A stretch of DNA of 64,000 bases from Neodothiora populina (taxonomy: Eukaryota): positions 1,178,001-1,242,000 of the forward strand of contig NW_027191413.1 of the NCBI RefSeq assembly GCF_041146345.1, read 5' to 3'. Shown piece after piece: positions 24,240 to 38,800 of the stretch. A model generated the notes under the pieces. The model worked only from the letters and a program-made list of their open reading frames with translations. It was not told where the DNA came from and ran no database searches. Every line of letters starts with the position of its first letter. Positions within the stretch are counted from its first letter, which is position 1. Made by a program: the position numbers and the translations under genes.

Positions 24240-25540
24240 GTTCTTTCTGTGGTGAGCGGGGTGCCCGATATATACCGCGGAAGTATATACAGGAGACGAA
24301 CGATAGATATATCCCCAAGAGAGGTACGATATGTGATGAGATCGAGAAAGAGTCTAGGAAAGGAGACAAGGAGAGATGGGAGGACAACTGTGTCCATCTG
24401 ACAACGGTTCCGAATGACCATACGGCTTACCTGACCTACTGATAACTAACATGCCGGCATGCAGTATCATGTGCTGGCGCCTACCTTACCGTCTCCACCA
24501 ACGACTTGCCTTCGCCCATGATAAGGGATCGCCGTGTTCGGAAAGATAAGAGATGGCTATCTGTAAAGCCAAAGTTGGGGCGGAAGATTGTCGGCTGCAG
24601 CAATCCATCAGTGTTTTGGTTGCGTAACCCTTGTGTATAAAGTACTGGTACTACTACCGTCTGTACCTCGGGTTCGTGAGACACAAAGCAGCATATTCAA
24701 TGTGCGACTACCCAACCGTGGGTCATTTCTTCCAGTAATTGAGAGTTATGATGAACACCTAATGGTACTATGAATATGTTCCGATGACTATGACGCGGTG
24801 GCTGTGTCCGTCAATCTATTGTGGGCCGACACTTGGGTGTTGTCCCTCACGCTTCATGTGTTTACAGAGTGACAATCTTCAGCTACACAACAAGCATTGC
24901 TACGACAAGTCACCCTACGTAATATCCGATTATTCATGCACTGTGGTCAGTGATGACAAGACTTAGTATCGCAGCGGAGAAACACTTTTGTTTTCTGTCA
25001 AATATTTAGTTCTAAAGAGGGTGGAAAACCACATCGTATCTGACATGATGCCGCACTAAACGCCCAAAAAGTGGTTGAACGCGTGTCTGTCAGGCCGCTC
25101 TGCCACATTCATCTCTGGAATGACTGATCGTGAATTTCAAGCAAGAATGTAAGAAAGAGTTAATCCCAAGCACGAACGCCTACGCCTGATTTCCAGTGAT
25201 TGATACGAGTATAATGAACGCCTTGAACTCATGATTGTGGCTAGGAACTCGAATGTCCTTCGTGACGTGTTGTGGCAACATCCTTGGGTGGTGATGTTGG
25301 TGATTTGTGTTTGTACTGTGAGACGACAGGCTCATTATATCAAGAGAAAACGCCTTTGGCTCGGTGCGTTGTGGGATATCTTCGTGACAAAATAGCAAAA
25401 TCCTGGGAGGGTAAACTTTTGGCAGTGTTGCGCCGTATATACCGGGGGCAGTATTGACATGGTGTATCGTGATGCGATCGTAAATGCAAGTCCAAGGAAG
25501 TGTATGTGATGGACCAGAAAATAGAGGTCGAGCGCCCTGT

Positions 25541-28500
25541 TTATGCGGTGGCCGTGATCGAAGCCTCTCCGCGTTGGGTCATATGCTCTGCTTGGAAGTC
25601 GAGGGCGCTTGCCATGACTTGGGTCACTGCAACAAATTAGTTTCTTATAGCAGTACAGTACGTCGGTTAACAGGCTCATTGACTTACCTGGCCAAACGGC
25701 AGCCTTCTCGAGCATCAGCCCAGTGATCTTCAGTATTCTACTTCCCAATCCTCGGTTTGCCAGTCCTGACAGTCCATCCATATTGTTGAGTTCTCCCATA
25801 GCGTTAGGGTCGATAGCACGAAGCATGTTGGCGTGACGGATCATCTTCTCCTCCATCATTGCGCAAATGTGTTCGATTTTCCCCAACAGCTCTACGTCCT
25901 CGGTCTCGAGTAGCATGATGGCTGGGACTTGGGTGTAATCAACCTCCGCTTGTCCGAGGATACCAAGGTAACGGCCGACTCTTTCTTGCACTGTACAACC
26001 CCACTCAGCAAGCACTTGACTGCAGTCAAAGAAGCACATAGCCGACTGTATCGGAAGCTCATGGGAAGCTGGATCGGCGAATGTAAGGTTCCACTTCGAA
26101 GCTATAAGGAGCGAATCGGCAGCATAGAAAGCAGCCTTTCGTAGGTGCTTCTCGCGTTTTGATGTTTGACCTGACGAGATAGCCTGACTACTGCGACGTC
26201 CGTCCATGGAGCCACGCGAGGCGCCGGTTTGATTGTGTGTTGATTCCCCAGACTCTGGGGATCCAGTAGCGTGTTGAACAATTTCCAGACCTCGTGCGAG
26301 CTCCTCGGCCATGACGTTGAAGTCGCGCGCCCAGAAAGCCTCCTTGGATCTGCCGAGGTTTACAAAGAGCCTCACGAAAGCCAGATCGAGCAGTGGGATA
26401 CTGTCTGCAGACAACGGTCCCCGCCCAGATGGGTTGGGTCGCTCAAGAGTATGATGGGGAGTCGCTTTCCAAGCGGCTTGCCACGCATTGAGTGCGGGTT
26501 CGATGTGCGAAAACATCGAATCCGTTTCGTGGGCGGTCCATTGTCGACCGTGATGGCGACTGCGGGTCTCCCATATGTAATTGTGAAGTGCATTGATAAG
26601 CACCAAGCATCCAAAGGTGCTGGGTCTGAGCTGTTCCAGGCGTAAGGAGTCATGGATACTAAGGTGCTGTCCTTGATTTGGATGAAGTAGCGTGAGCAGG
26701 GCTGACTCGAACGACATTGCGTTCGCTTCAGCAGCCTTAGAGCCACCTCTGCTGATCCACTCTTGAGCGCTATCGGCTGTCCATAGATCCTCATCGCAGG
26801 GCAGATCAAGCAAGACTTCAGAGTTCATAATGGCGGGGGATTGGTTGTAAGCTGTCACTAGAAGACTAGAGAGAATGAAGACAGCGAAGAGTGTGCGCTT
26901 GCGCTCCTCTTTCTCCTTCCAGCGTAGCCACTGGCCATGCAGTCTGGAGTACTGGGTGGAGCCGGATGGACTATGTGCCTCCACTTTAACTCTGTCAGCA
27001 TCGTCATTAGAAGCAGGGCGAGCCAATTCAGCCGCACGTGCTAGGCTGACCAGTGCTGCACAGTGAGTGCTAGCGATGTCTGCAGCTGTCTTGTCTCCAC
27101 TGAAGTGACCGTAGATGACATTCAGAAGCATTGCCTGCACCAGCCAAAGAGGTGTGTTGTGCGTGGACCCTTCTTGGGTGAGCATCTGATGACCATTGAC
27201 AGCTGCAGACAGATCTGCCCGACGACGTTCTTCGAGGTAGCTTTGAATCATCTTCTTCGCGGATTCAAACAAGTCCCTCGAGATCGCTTGATCATATTCA
27301 TGCAGGGCACCTATGGCGGCCATGGCTAAGATGAGGCAGCCCCCACCTCCGACAATGCCAGCATGTCCCACATTTGCATGAGCTGAAGCAGGTCGCAGAT
27401 TGTTGACGTAATCGGGAGAGTCGAATGACAGTGTGGGGATGTGCAGGAAGGGAAGGTGTGGGTGGAAATAGTGCACGTAGGCGTTGATGTATCGCTGGAG
27501 ATCAGCCGTTCCTGGCAGACTTGGGCCATGGACAGCGGGATGAGGGGAGAGTGGGGAGCTGATGGATGGCTGAGAGAATTTTCGCTGCGTGCCGTGCCCG
27601 AAGCCTGACGTTTGTGAGAGACTGAGCAGAAGAGCTTGACGAGTCGCGTCGGTGATTGAGTCGGTCGACACCGAGGTGATGGAACTGTGCCGAGCACTAC
27701 CATTCATCGACGCAGATGACACACTCGGGCTGTCTGGATCGAAATTTGACAATGAAGGCTGCTGAAAGTTGTAATGCATGCCGTTTGTCATGTGCTGATC
27801 GGAGATGTTGCTCTGCGCCATGATGCCTTCATAGAATGTTTCGGTGGACGCCAAATGGTCATGAAGGTTATGCGGCGAGATGGTTGCAGAAGGTGAATCT
27901 AAATTGGGAAGCCCAGAACCCAAGCCATCAAGGTTGAGAGAGCCTGGATTAAGCAACGCTTGAGCGGACACGTCTTGAGGGGTCCAGGACATGTGTGCGG
28001 CAGCGCTTGTAGGATCAACGATAGCCTCGGAGAAGCCACTCTGACTGGCGCTGCTGCTGAACCGCGACGGTGACGACTCTTCAATCGCATTCTCGTTGCT
28101 CTGAGGGTGCATCTGGCCGTCCCAATTGCGGATCCAGCTGAAATCATCGTCCAATTCTATACCACCCAGCGTATTGGGGAACGAGGGAAAGCCGGTCATG
28201 TTGTTATGAGTTGCTGGGGATGTCATCGAGCCGCCGAAGTGAAGCTGTGCTGGATTTATCGTGTTTCCACCCGGCGTGAGAAGCTGATCGAGGTCAAACA
28301 GATTTGCGGCTGAAGGTGTCGTGTTCGAGAATGTCTCGGAGAAGTCCATAGCTGCACTGCTGGCGTCGAACTTTGGCATGTCAAATAAGCCACGGGGTCC
28401 TGGGAACGAGGAAGGTCCACGAAGGTCCAGCTGAGTTGGCCTGGTCGCACCGCTCATGCTCACTCTGTGATGGTTTGATGTGTTTAGCTCGTTAATTCTG

Positions 28501-29093
28501 CTGTTGGCACCGGGAAGGTTGTCCATCAATCCCAGAGAAGCCAGATCCAGCGACCCAAGAGTTGTTGCCCGTGGGCGCTGTGCTGCAGCCGCTCCTCCAT
28601 TTCCTCCGTTGTTTGCGACAGAATTCTTCCTCACCCTAGCGCCGCCGGCAGAAGTTCCACTGTTGCTTTCCCGTCTGGCATTTTTAGGCCGTGCTGGATT
28701 GCTCTGGTAGTGTAGTTTTTGCTGATGCCGTAGGAGTAGGTCTCTGCGGGCGAAACATCTGGTGCACTCCTGGCACTCGAAGGGTTTCTCCTTGGTGTGT
28801 GATCGTTCGTGTCTCTTCAGGTGTTCCAGTCTCGCGAAACATCTACCGCAAGTGCCGCAGACGTGTGGTCGCGGCTTATCGGTCTTGGGTGGGGGGAATT
28901 GAGAGGCATTGGCGGGCGCTGCTGTTGCGGCCGCTTGATCCTTGATTTCTAACTTAGTCAGTGGTCTGCAGACTCGGTATTAGCTGCTGGTCGAACCTTT
29001 CTTAATCTCGGGGTGTTGGAAGATGGGTTCATTGCTGCCTGTCGATGCCTCCTCGGGCGGCGTTTGCAGCTGGGCAGTGGCGTCCGAAAGCAT
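25541..29093 (-). CDS. amdX: C2H2 zinc-finger plus fungal-specific TF domain transcription factor (AmdX/Adr1-like)
   Basis: Exons 29093-28997, 28948-25688, 25626-25541. Fingers KPRPHVCGTCGRCFARLEHLKRHERSHTKEKPFECQECTRCFARRDLLLRHQQKLH match the Adr1/AmdX type. Fungal_trans motifs YFHPHLPFLH and EERKRT are present. Confidence 0.92.
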
Positions 29094-29867
29094 GATGGAA
29101 TCCTTTTCTGTGGTAGACGTTCTGGGAAGCGCAAGAGTAAGATAATGATAGCCAGATGGTCTGGGAAGAGGTGAGCGGATGAGCCTGTTCGTGCCTCGGG
29201 ATGTTCAGGTCTCAAAGTGGTTCAGGTGATCCAGATGATTCCAGTGAGGTCACCAAAGAACATCAGTCGATGACAGTCTGGCAGTCTTGATCGGACGTGG
29301 TTTCCTGCGCTCGTTCAAGGCCACAATGGGAGACCACCGGGCGAATGAGAGGTCGGTGAATTGGAACAATAACACCAATGAGGTCCTGGCGCGGCGATCC
29401 AATGGGGCGCACTCCGGGGTAGTGGAACAGTACGTTCACTGCTTTGATTAGTCTGCACGTCGTGATAATGATGATAACAGACGGTGAGCACGTCCCGAGT
29501 CGGCTTGTTAATTGTCAAAGAAACCGCGAAGATTGCAGAGATGAAGAGCGAGGACGAGGGTTGATTCCACAAGAAACGGAAGGTAAGAGGATCCGTAGAA
29601 CAGCTTTGGGGGAAAGTGGCTCGTCGCGGGTTAAGGTTCGAACCAGCCTGGAATGGCCTGAATTAACGTTGGAGACCCCCGTGCTAGAGACGGACTTGGA
29701 ACGCAGTCAAGGGACCAGCATGGACTGGGTTGGGTGTGGCTCAAACGGAGAAACAACTCGTGATCAGTTTAAACCCGAAGTCTGACGAGGCAACTACTCG
29801 TACGCGCTGACGCGGATCACCACAGCCAGAAATGGAAAAGCTAGATCAGACACTCCTGGGCCCAATG

Positions 29868-29881
29868 GTTGTATATACAAC
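29868..29881. promoter_or_regulatory. Palindromic TATA-like element upstream of the amdX-like gene
   Basis: Perfect 14-bp palindrome GTTGTATATACAAC next to a tract that is pyrimidine-rich on the minus strand. Function is inferred. Confidence 0.3.
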
Positions 29882-32800
29882 GGAAAGATGAAATGGGAAG
29901 GGGAAGACAGCTTGGAAGTGGGAAGTGGGATAAAAGGGCAAGTACCAGCTCGGTGGCTGCACAACAGAATCCGGGGACGGACGTGGAGAAGGTCAGCTTA
30001 GAGCGAGAGTGATGTCCAGCACAGCCAGCACCGGCAGCATCAGTGCATCAGTGCATGCACATATGCTTCGCGGCTGCCTCGCAACAACGCCTCGAAGACT
30101 CAATAATGTCTCGGCTGGGCGTAGCTTGCCACGAGGGTCCTACGCGATTGGGATGGATATGCTGACGAGGCGAGAGTGAGAGAGGTACAAGCAAAACAGG
30201 GGTGCTTCCGCTATGCGAGGTCCAAGGATACACTTCACACTTCACAGGTTGCAGTACGTACAGAACAATCCGCTCCCGTAGGTACAGGTAGCAGGTATGC
30301 ATCATGATGTGCGTGCAGGTGTCCTGTCCTTAAGCTCGCTCGTCTGTGCTCACCGAGACACCCGACTAACATTGCGCTTTTACTCCATGCCGCTACGCAT
30401 TCTTGCAAATCGTAATCCTTGTGAGCAGGGATCCGCATTTTCTCCCACCCGCTCTAACTCTACCTGGGTTAGTGTGCCGCAGCATGCCCCACAATCCATT
30501 CAATGTGCTCGTTGAAGGTTTCCCACGGCTTGGCTGCCTTTTTTCCTTTCTTCCGCGGAGCAGATGTAATTGATTCTGTTACCGGCGACCACAGTAGAGG
30601 TACCTACGCTCGGATATGAGGCCAATCCAGGAGAGACAGGTGTACGAGAAACACTTTAGGAAGGGCCTCGCAGTGTCGCGCCATCAGTCGCACTTCAGGG
30701 ATATAGACTATGGCGAGAAGCAGCTGACCGCCTTGTCGTATCATGATACCATAGCGGCCGGACTAGCGTAGATGTTCTGTGTCACCACTCGACCTGCTGG
30801 TTTTTTTGGAAGCTCCCGAACCAGGAGCACTTAGTCCAAAGTCTACGGAGGTAATACTGGCAGAACGTGTGCAGGTACTGTATTTTGCATGTCAAGTGCC
30901 AACGGCGAACCACGATAGGTACGGCCGACGGGATCATGGCGGTACTCCTGCAGGTGGAAAAACCTACAGCACCTATAGATCACAGATTAAGGTAATCTAA
31001 GCCATCATACAGCTGTGGATACAAGTACGGTTAAAATCTGCATTTGTGGTCATACAGTACTTGTGGACAGCATTCGGAGAGTCCGTCGGTATGAACCTTG
31101 TAGTGCGCACCCGCTCGGTATTTGGAAAGGAAAATCTGAGTGACTGTTATAGTCAAGGTACCTTGCCTTCCAGGGTCTCCTTAGTTTGATCACTGCCGGG
31201 GAGGACCAGAGTTCGTCCACCAGTATCGTCTTATTTGCTGCGTATGCCCAGTCGTCACAGCTGACACTCAATGTCTCAGGGTGTGAGTCGGGCATAAGCA
31301 CCGAGATCACCGAACCCTCACAGAGTGAAGTCTCGGCGCAATTTCAAGCCTGCAACCCACATCTGCCAACGCATTGCTGATTAGCAAGCCGCTTCCACAA
31401 AATTAAGTAGTGTATCCACTCACTGCTGAAGGAGCTGCACATTGCAGGTGACTTGATTCGACAGCCACATTTGGGCCGTGTTAACCGCAACGTCACTTCG
31501 CCAAGCCTTGCCTCGTCTGCATTAGTCTTTTTTGTGCACAAGTTCGGTCCGTGGGAGAGACCGCTGAAGATTGGCCTCGAAGCCGCTTGTTCTCAGTGCT
31601 GGATTTACCTTCAATCTGACCTCTACTGTACAATACATTAGGTGCTCGCACAATGCGCGGACGAAAAGACCATGGACGGGCGAATAGCATTCGTAGGAAT
31701 AGTGAAATGGCGCAACAGACCAGGGACGATCAACGCTCAGTTCGCCATGCGGTCGGCACTAGTGTCATACAGCAGCGCTAAGCCCCGTGTAGTCAAATCT
31801 GGGGCCGTCGGCCGTTTGCCTTCGATCACGAGGACGTACAATATGATTCATGGGGTCAAATTGTGGGTGCGACTTCTCTAACCAATCTCGTTTCGGCGCC
31901 TGCCGTTCCCCTATTACGCGAACGTACCTAAGGTACCTAGTCTGCTTCCGCAGCGCCCAGCCTTGTTTGCAGGTCTGCATGTCATGCAAGGGTAGAGAAC
32001 TCGTTATCCGTTGCTGATCTAGCACGATGTCATGATAATGGGTTCATCTGTTCATGATAGATGAACACACACAACAGACCGACACCACCCAGATCGCGGA
32101 GGCGGTCCGGAATCAATGTGAGCTCCATACAGTACTTGCGCTTCCAATGGCTTGCAGGAAATTTACCTCAAGGCAAAGGATTAGTCAAGTGCGTCTGCAC
32201 AATCACTAGACTTAGAAGATGTAGAGGTCTCGATCTCTTCGGGCATACCTGTCGATTGCTAGTTTACGAGGCCTGGATATTCGAGCCTCGAGCCTCGAGC
32301 TTCGCCTACACGGCCAAGAAACCCCGTTGCAGGGTTGAGAACCTTTGTGGTAGAGAGGGATCCTCTGTTCCTGATGGCTAAATCACAGCGAACGTACTCG
32401 TAGGGTAGCGTAGTGCTTATTCTGAATACACCCTTATGTAGCTTATTTCTGTACCCACATGTACAAGTACCACGCGCGCAAGCAGGCAAGAGGCGCCTCG
32501 AAGTCTACTCAGCTGCCGAGAGCTACAATGCATATATACAAAGAGTCGCATATAAGCCACACGCTACTGCTCATCTCTTAAAGGAGAATAGCCTGATAGT
32601 GCTGTGCGATCGCATCAAGATAGGTAAATCACGAATCCTACCTTCGTGCAGCATGTTTTACTAGGGTTTGTTGACGTGACGCACATCTCAGGGACACGAC
32701 AGGATGAGTCTGATGACTCTCGCTAATCGAGCATTCGGATAGGTATGTTAGAGGATGGGAAGTCACGTTGTGGCTGGCGAATTTGTGGAACTCAAGGTCA

Positions 32801-35800
32801 CTCGTCTCTTCTTTTCACTACCTATGCTTTAGATCTTCAATGAGCTTACGGATGCTGTGGGAGCTGTGCCGGTCAGAGCACACATAATATCGTCCATTAT
32901 GCGTGCGACGAACTATATCGCGGGACCATGCACCACACATGATAATCGTCCACTCGTCTGTTTCGAATATATGTATTCTTACTCTGGGTGAAGAAACGCA
33001 ATACGGAGTACATTCGTCTAAATCGTCAAAGAGAGCGTCCGCGTATGTCCCCAGTGTCCTTTGTAGGACGTACCAGACCTAATACCAGACGTGAAGCTAG
33101 CTTCGGCGGCCCATGTCTTGAGCATGAGTCTCGTGTCTGTGTATTGGCGCAAACCTGCTTGCGTCGGGCTTATGGTGGACTCCACTCTTATGCTTTGGTG
33201 TCTCCCGATACTGCGTTCACGCTCAATTTGTTACTCACAACGACAATCCAATATTCAACAATTGCGGACTCGGATACCTTCAGATACTCGGCAAACATGC
33301 TTTCATTTCATCACGCACCTGAACCGGGTAGACCTACTTGAAAAGTGAAGTTCGCAGCAGATGCAGCGAGCGTTACAACGAGATATCAGCTTGGCGCAGC
33401 GCCGGATGCTGTTGTGTTGTGTGTTGGAACAGTCCAGAGGCACGGAAAGATATGAGCCGTGTTCGGCACAAATCAGTGGAGCGCTGCAAATGCGCTCTCA
33501 GATTGAAGAGAATGCATAGCCAATTGACGATCAGCGACGGCCAAAACCCTTGTTAATTCATGGCCGGCCATGATCTTTCGACTTTTATCTCGTTTCGAAA
33601 GTCCATCAGTTACTGAGCCAGGGTATGCTTAGTGCTAAGGTGTATGACCGGGCTGACCCTGCCAGCCGTTTATCCCACGACCCGTGCCTTGTTCAATAAT
33701 CTGTGGGGAGATCTGTGTTATTCCGTTTGAACATGTACGCATTGAATGTACCATATCTAGTCGATCAAGTAGGGCGTTCGGCATTGGCGCGTCTTTCATC
33801 CTACAGCATGCTAAGACAAGCGACAAGTTTCAATATAATATCCAAGGATTACTCCAACACTTCACTTCATTGGAAGTGCCGCAGATCTGTTTAACTCGCT
33901 ATCTTGCTCTTTTGTTTTTGGGCTGACTGTTAACTCTCATATAGCCCTCGATCCTCCGAGGTATAAGCAAGCCCGTAATCTAGGGACCCACATATAACAT
34001 CATCTCAATGTTCGATACTACGTAGCACCAGTTTTAGAACTTCTTGGACCGCAGCCGATTCGAGTCAGTCTCGAAGCAAGCTCAATCGATTCACAAGCAT
34101 GCACAATGCTTCTAATGGTTGGCGTGGGAAACATTGCCATCAAAGGATGCCAGATTGGTGGGTGTTTCCTGCAGCCAACATGAGCCATTTCTCAGCAAGT
34201 TGGATAGGCCATAGTTGGTCATGATTGGCCGTTCTTGGCTTTTTATATGCCCTGGACAACTGTGCCATTGATCAATTCATGGACTACAGTGTAGCCCCGG
34301 TCACATATCGATGACGGGTGACAACATTGTATAATGTGGCCAATCGTGCTTACATTACATTGAGTCAGCCACCGATTAATTCTCATCGCCATCGGAAGTC
34401 GCCTACATCTCATATCCCTGTATAACACTTGAATGCCCTACACTTCTGGGTAGTACCCGACAAGGACAGGATTCTAGCTTCAGGCCCTACAGAGGAATAT
34501 CATTTGGTAGCTTGGCAGTTACATATGCGTTTCCCAGATTCGTTCAATTCGCGGAACGCATCAATGATGCTATGTCCGTTTACACAAACGAGCCATTGCG
34601 GTTGGGACAGACGGGCAAGAGAAACAATGGCTAGAATCGTTTTTATCTCCACTTGAAAGATGCCGAATCGCCATGCTGCTGGAGCTCCCAACTCTTGCCT
34701 TTCTTGTTTCTGATCAATCTTGGGTAAGAAGATCTAAGCTCCACGTTGACCCAAGATGTGAGTTGCGCAGATGCAGTTGGACAAGAGTACGCCATATCTC
34801 TGATATGATAGTGGGTCGCCATAGGTTAAGTCTATAAGCCATAACAGTCTTGCATTCGAACTAACCACTTTCGATTGTCTGTAGTCTTTTATTCGATGAC
34901 ACGAACGTTCGCTTCCATGAACATGGCACCATGGTTATTTCAAGCAGACAGAGCGACGTGTCAACACCCATGCGAAAGTATCGAAATGGCATACAGTATT
35001 TGTGTTATACTAGGCAAATGAGGAAACCCCATTCCACATTGCGTACTCCTGTAAATGTCCCGTGAAGCGTATTCTCAAACCACAGCAACAAGACCTAAGA
35101 CCCTCGTGGTGAGCAAAGTCGATAACGGCTCCCCATTGCTCCACTGAGCGACTAGTAGACATAGCAATGTCTGTCCTGACGTAGGTGACCAGAGAAAGTG
35201 GTGTCTGGCGGACTCTTGTCCTGACTGACTCGTACATGACCGATCACGCTTGTCGCACTTCTCGAGACGATATCTGATCCTGTAAACGTTGAAGCCTTGC
35301 AGTATCACCTTCGGTGAAACTATTGCTGTGCTTTAACATGTAATGCTTTGCATCCAACTGGAAATTGATATCGTTGAATTTGATATCGTCACCTCAAACC
35401 AGGCGAAAAAGCTGATCAAGGTCGATCCAACATTTCTTAATTCTGCTTCGGTGAGCCACATACACACCAGCCAAGGTCGACCATTTCCGGCACCACGTCC
35501 CAAAGCGGGTACTATCTTTGGGCTGTTATCAGTAAAATGTCTGGAACTTGTGTTGCCCTTGCCGTCACCGTTCCAGACCTGGGAGAACCTGTTCCAACGG
35601 CACGGATTGCATAAGCTCACGACGCCCTCTGTGTGGACAGGGTCATGCCCAGGTCGAGTGACCCCGTCACGGGGCTCAAATAGTAATGTATACCTATCAT
35701 CTCACATGGCATTTCAATAATGCAAATCGACCTGCTCCTAGGCTAAAGGTCAGTTGTGTATCCATATTCGATCGTATGCCACCTATCATACAAAGCCATA

Positions 35801-38800
35801 CCCATCGGGCAATATTCATGGACATGCTGAATCAGCACATGCAATGAGCACGCACGCGATTCTGGCTCTTTACATGGTACACTACTGTAAGGACCACCAA
35901 CGCTTTCATGCCGAGTCGTTCGTTCGTTCATGATGGCAACCAGGCGAGAGCTCCGAACTGATGACGAGCACAAGTCTGCTTTTTCCTTCATATGTCAAGA
36001 CATCCAGACCGTAATGCTGGTACCGCTAATTGCTAGCCAAAGATGCAGAGATGTGTTTAGTGAGCAGTCTAGATGCATCCAAGATCTCTTGTGATATACG
36101 ACTATAGGTGGTCTAATGCTTATACTTTGATGATTCTCTCACCGCTCTGCATCTACTGAGTCAGAGCAGGGCACAAGCCACACTGACTTCACTATTCCAG
36201 GCTTGACATGAGCATCACAGAGCATTATACCATGTTAGCCCTATCTGTAAAGGATGAGCTACGGAGCAAGTCTCCTAGCGTTTCAATTGGACACTGTCTC
36301 ATTGCTGCTCGTAGTTACGATAGATTTAGAGCATGTTCGTTATGATAGCCATGAAATTCAGCCTTTGCCGGACTCAATTGATCAATCACAACGATGGCTC
36401 TCGAGATCAATGTCAGCCTACCTAGAAGTATCCCGGTCATAGAGCTAATTCTCGTCGATGGCATGTCTGCAACACATGTGTGTTGACGTACTGCCGGCTG
36501 ACCTGGTGTTATGCCAATGCAATAGGCGATGCAATAGTCAGCATCAAGAGGCAACATTCATAACCTGCTCTCAATGAGATCTACCGCGCCTTCCATCAGA
36601 TCTTGACGATAAAAATCACATTTGGTCGTTGTCTGAAGGTCCTTGTGCAACAATCTTGCTTGTACCACCTTGCGGTTTCGATGGCCCTTGATGTTACACA
36701 GCATACTATACACTAATTGCTCCATTATTCTGCTGATGTGAGCAGTATTTTGTGTCAGATTTAAACATCTCACTGCAACAAGGAGCACTCAGTTCACATT
36801 CACAATACTTAGCATAAGCTTAAGGACAGTTGTAAGTCGGATATCTGGAGGCAGGGTATGCATCAGTACAATTGCTGCAGACCTATAGTTCATGATATAT
36901 GACTTCATGATATTAGGACTTTCATCTCCAGCGAAAGATCAGCAAGATCCATCGACCGAAGTCAGTAGGTTGTAATTGAACATCAGCACCTCGCGTCACA
37001 TTTCACCTTATATCTGCTTTGATATGTACCAGATCTATCTGTGTGCTAGAGTGCTATCAAACCTGCGTGTTCCGAGGAGCACCATGATTGTATAGGCCGT
37101 ACCACTGGTCTACGAGATCTGATCACTTCTTATACACATTTCCGTTGATGCCTTCCATTCTCTATTATATTCGTGCCCATCTTCTGCCGCCCATAAAGAC
37201 AAATCATGTACAGATTATAGGTAGACATAAATCATGCTATGGTACAGTCTAGCGATGAACAAGCGTCTGATGTTCATCGATCAGATACATGATATATCAT
37301 CTTGTAAGTAAGCAGGAACGGTTCTCTATGTAGGTCGATGAGTATCTAATTCTCTGCTTGTGTCTCTTTGCAATCACTAAGTAATCCTCTCTGCGATGGT
37401 CGAATGCTGCCAGGTTATCCAATCGTGTCTGTTCCCGAAATCCCCAAGACTTAATGGTGTACGATTTGATCATATCCTATTGCACTGTACATATAGCGTG
37501 ATGCTCCCAGTCCAACGTGTAGACGTGTTTAGTGAACACAAGGCGAAGTCTGGAACAGGTATTACTTATGGTCGCTCGTACGCAAGATATTGGGATTGTA
37601 AAGTTCGTTCACAGTGTTGCTTTCCCATTTCTTCTGTATCACGCTTCCTCTTCCTACGATCACTAGGAGGGCCTCATATGATAGCACATATCATATGGTA
37701 TGTTAAAGTCCTCAGTGCGTGATCGGTGCGTGCACTCGCTGCGGAGCGCCATTGATATATACAACGTCCGTTGTCATTTAGAACCGGCGATTGTAACTAT
37801 GTATATCTCGTGCTGGTCATCGTCGATTGCGAATACAGTGCGAAGTGAGCTACAGCAAAGTGAAGTGAATTCTGATGCTGCGGTAGGGAATGCCTCACAA
37901 TAGATCGACGGACTGACACAAACAGAGTACCAGAAGATATCGGCTTTGTGTACCTTGGGACCTAGGTTTCCACAGCACAGGACTAATTAGTGATATTGAA
38001 GCCAAGTATTGCAGAGAACGTATGTATCGTGGATTTCTGAATACTGACTTGTAAGACTCTTGTTGGCCTGATCGAAGCATATATCGCAAGCACCGGTACT
38101 GAGACAGTCATCTTACGGTGACCCTGTCTATGAGCTCGTACTCTAACTGCCACGCGAGAAGCATCACGGTTCAGCTTAGCATACTAGCTATTTCATCATG
38201 TTTATTGGGTGAGGTTTGTCGAGCTCGGAGTCCAGGAGACTGACTTGTCAAGGAAGATGCAATGTTGCAAATATGATCATGTTGTTCCAAACCGTGTCTA
38301 TAGCGATGCTGTGACAGGAAATGTTGTCTTCATGTTGAATCTGCACTTGTCCTTGGTTGGCTGTATAGGCGTCTATGAGCTCGCTCAATTGAAATTGTGT
38401 GTGTTCAATTGGCTCGGAAGATAGCATGGCACCAAGACAGTGTGCCAACCATCATATAAATGGTATATCTTGAAAGGGGTGTAGGTATGTCGGGATTGTT
38501 ACGTAAGTAAGATATTTTGACTGAACAGCAGCTCACGTAGACTTCATCAAAAGCCGGACCGCTACTCGTCAATCGCAGGGTTGTCCTATCTAACACACCG
38601 ACGATTACTCTACTTTTGTTTTCAGATTTGCCATGTGGCTATGATGCACGAATACACATACTTTCATATATCAGTACGTAACATTGTGGCATATCGAGCC
38701 AGTAAGGCTTTGAGAATCAGAGACCTAATAACATACACAATCATGCACATGCTCTTTCTGAACACATATCGAACATATCATGAATGTTGAAGTTTGACCC

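Noticed and set aside
25335..25687. C-terminal tail of the 1099-aa ORF (GKSMSLLTD...FLLI)
   Set aside because: Read-through of a canonical GTAAGT...CAG intron (25687-25627). The spliced form ends at 25541.
29615..29650. GGTTCGAACC, resembling a tRNA T-loop/B-box
   Set aside because: No cloverleaf stems or acceptor stem could be formed.
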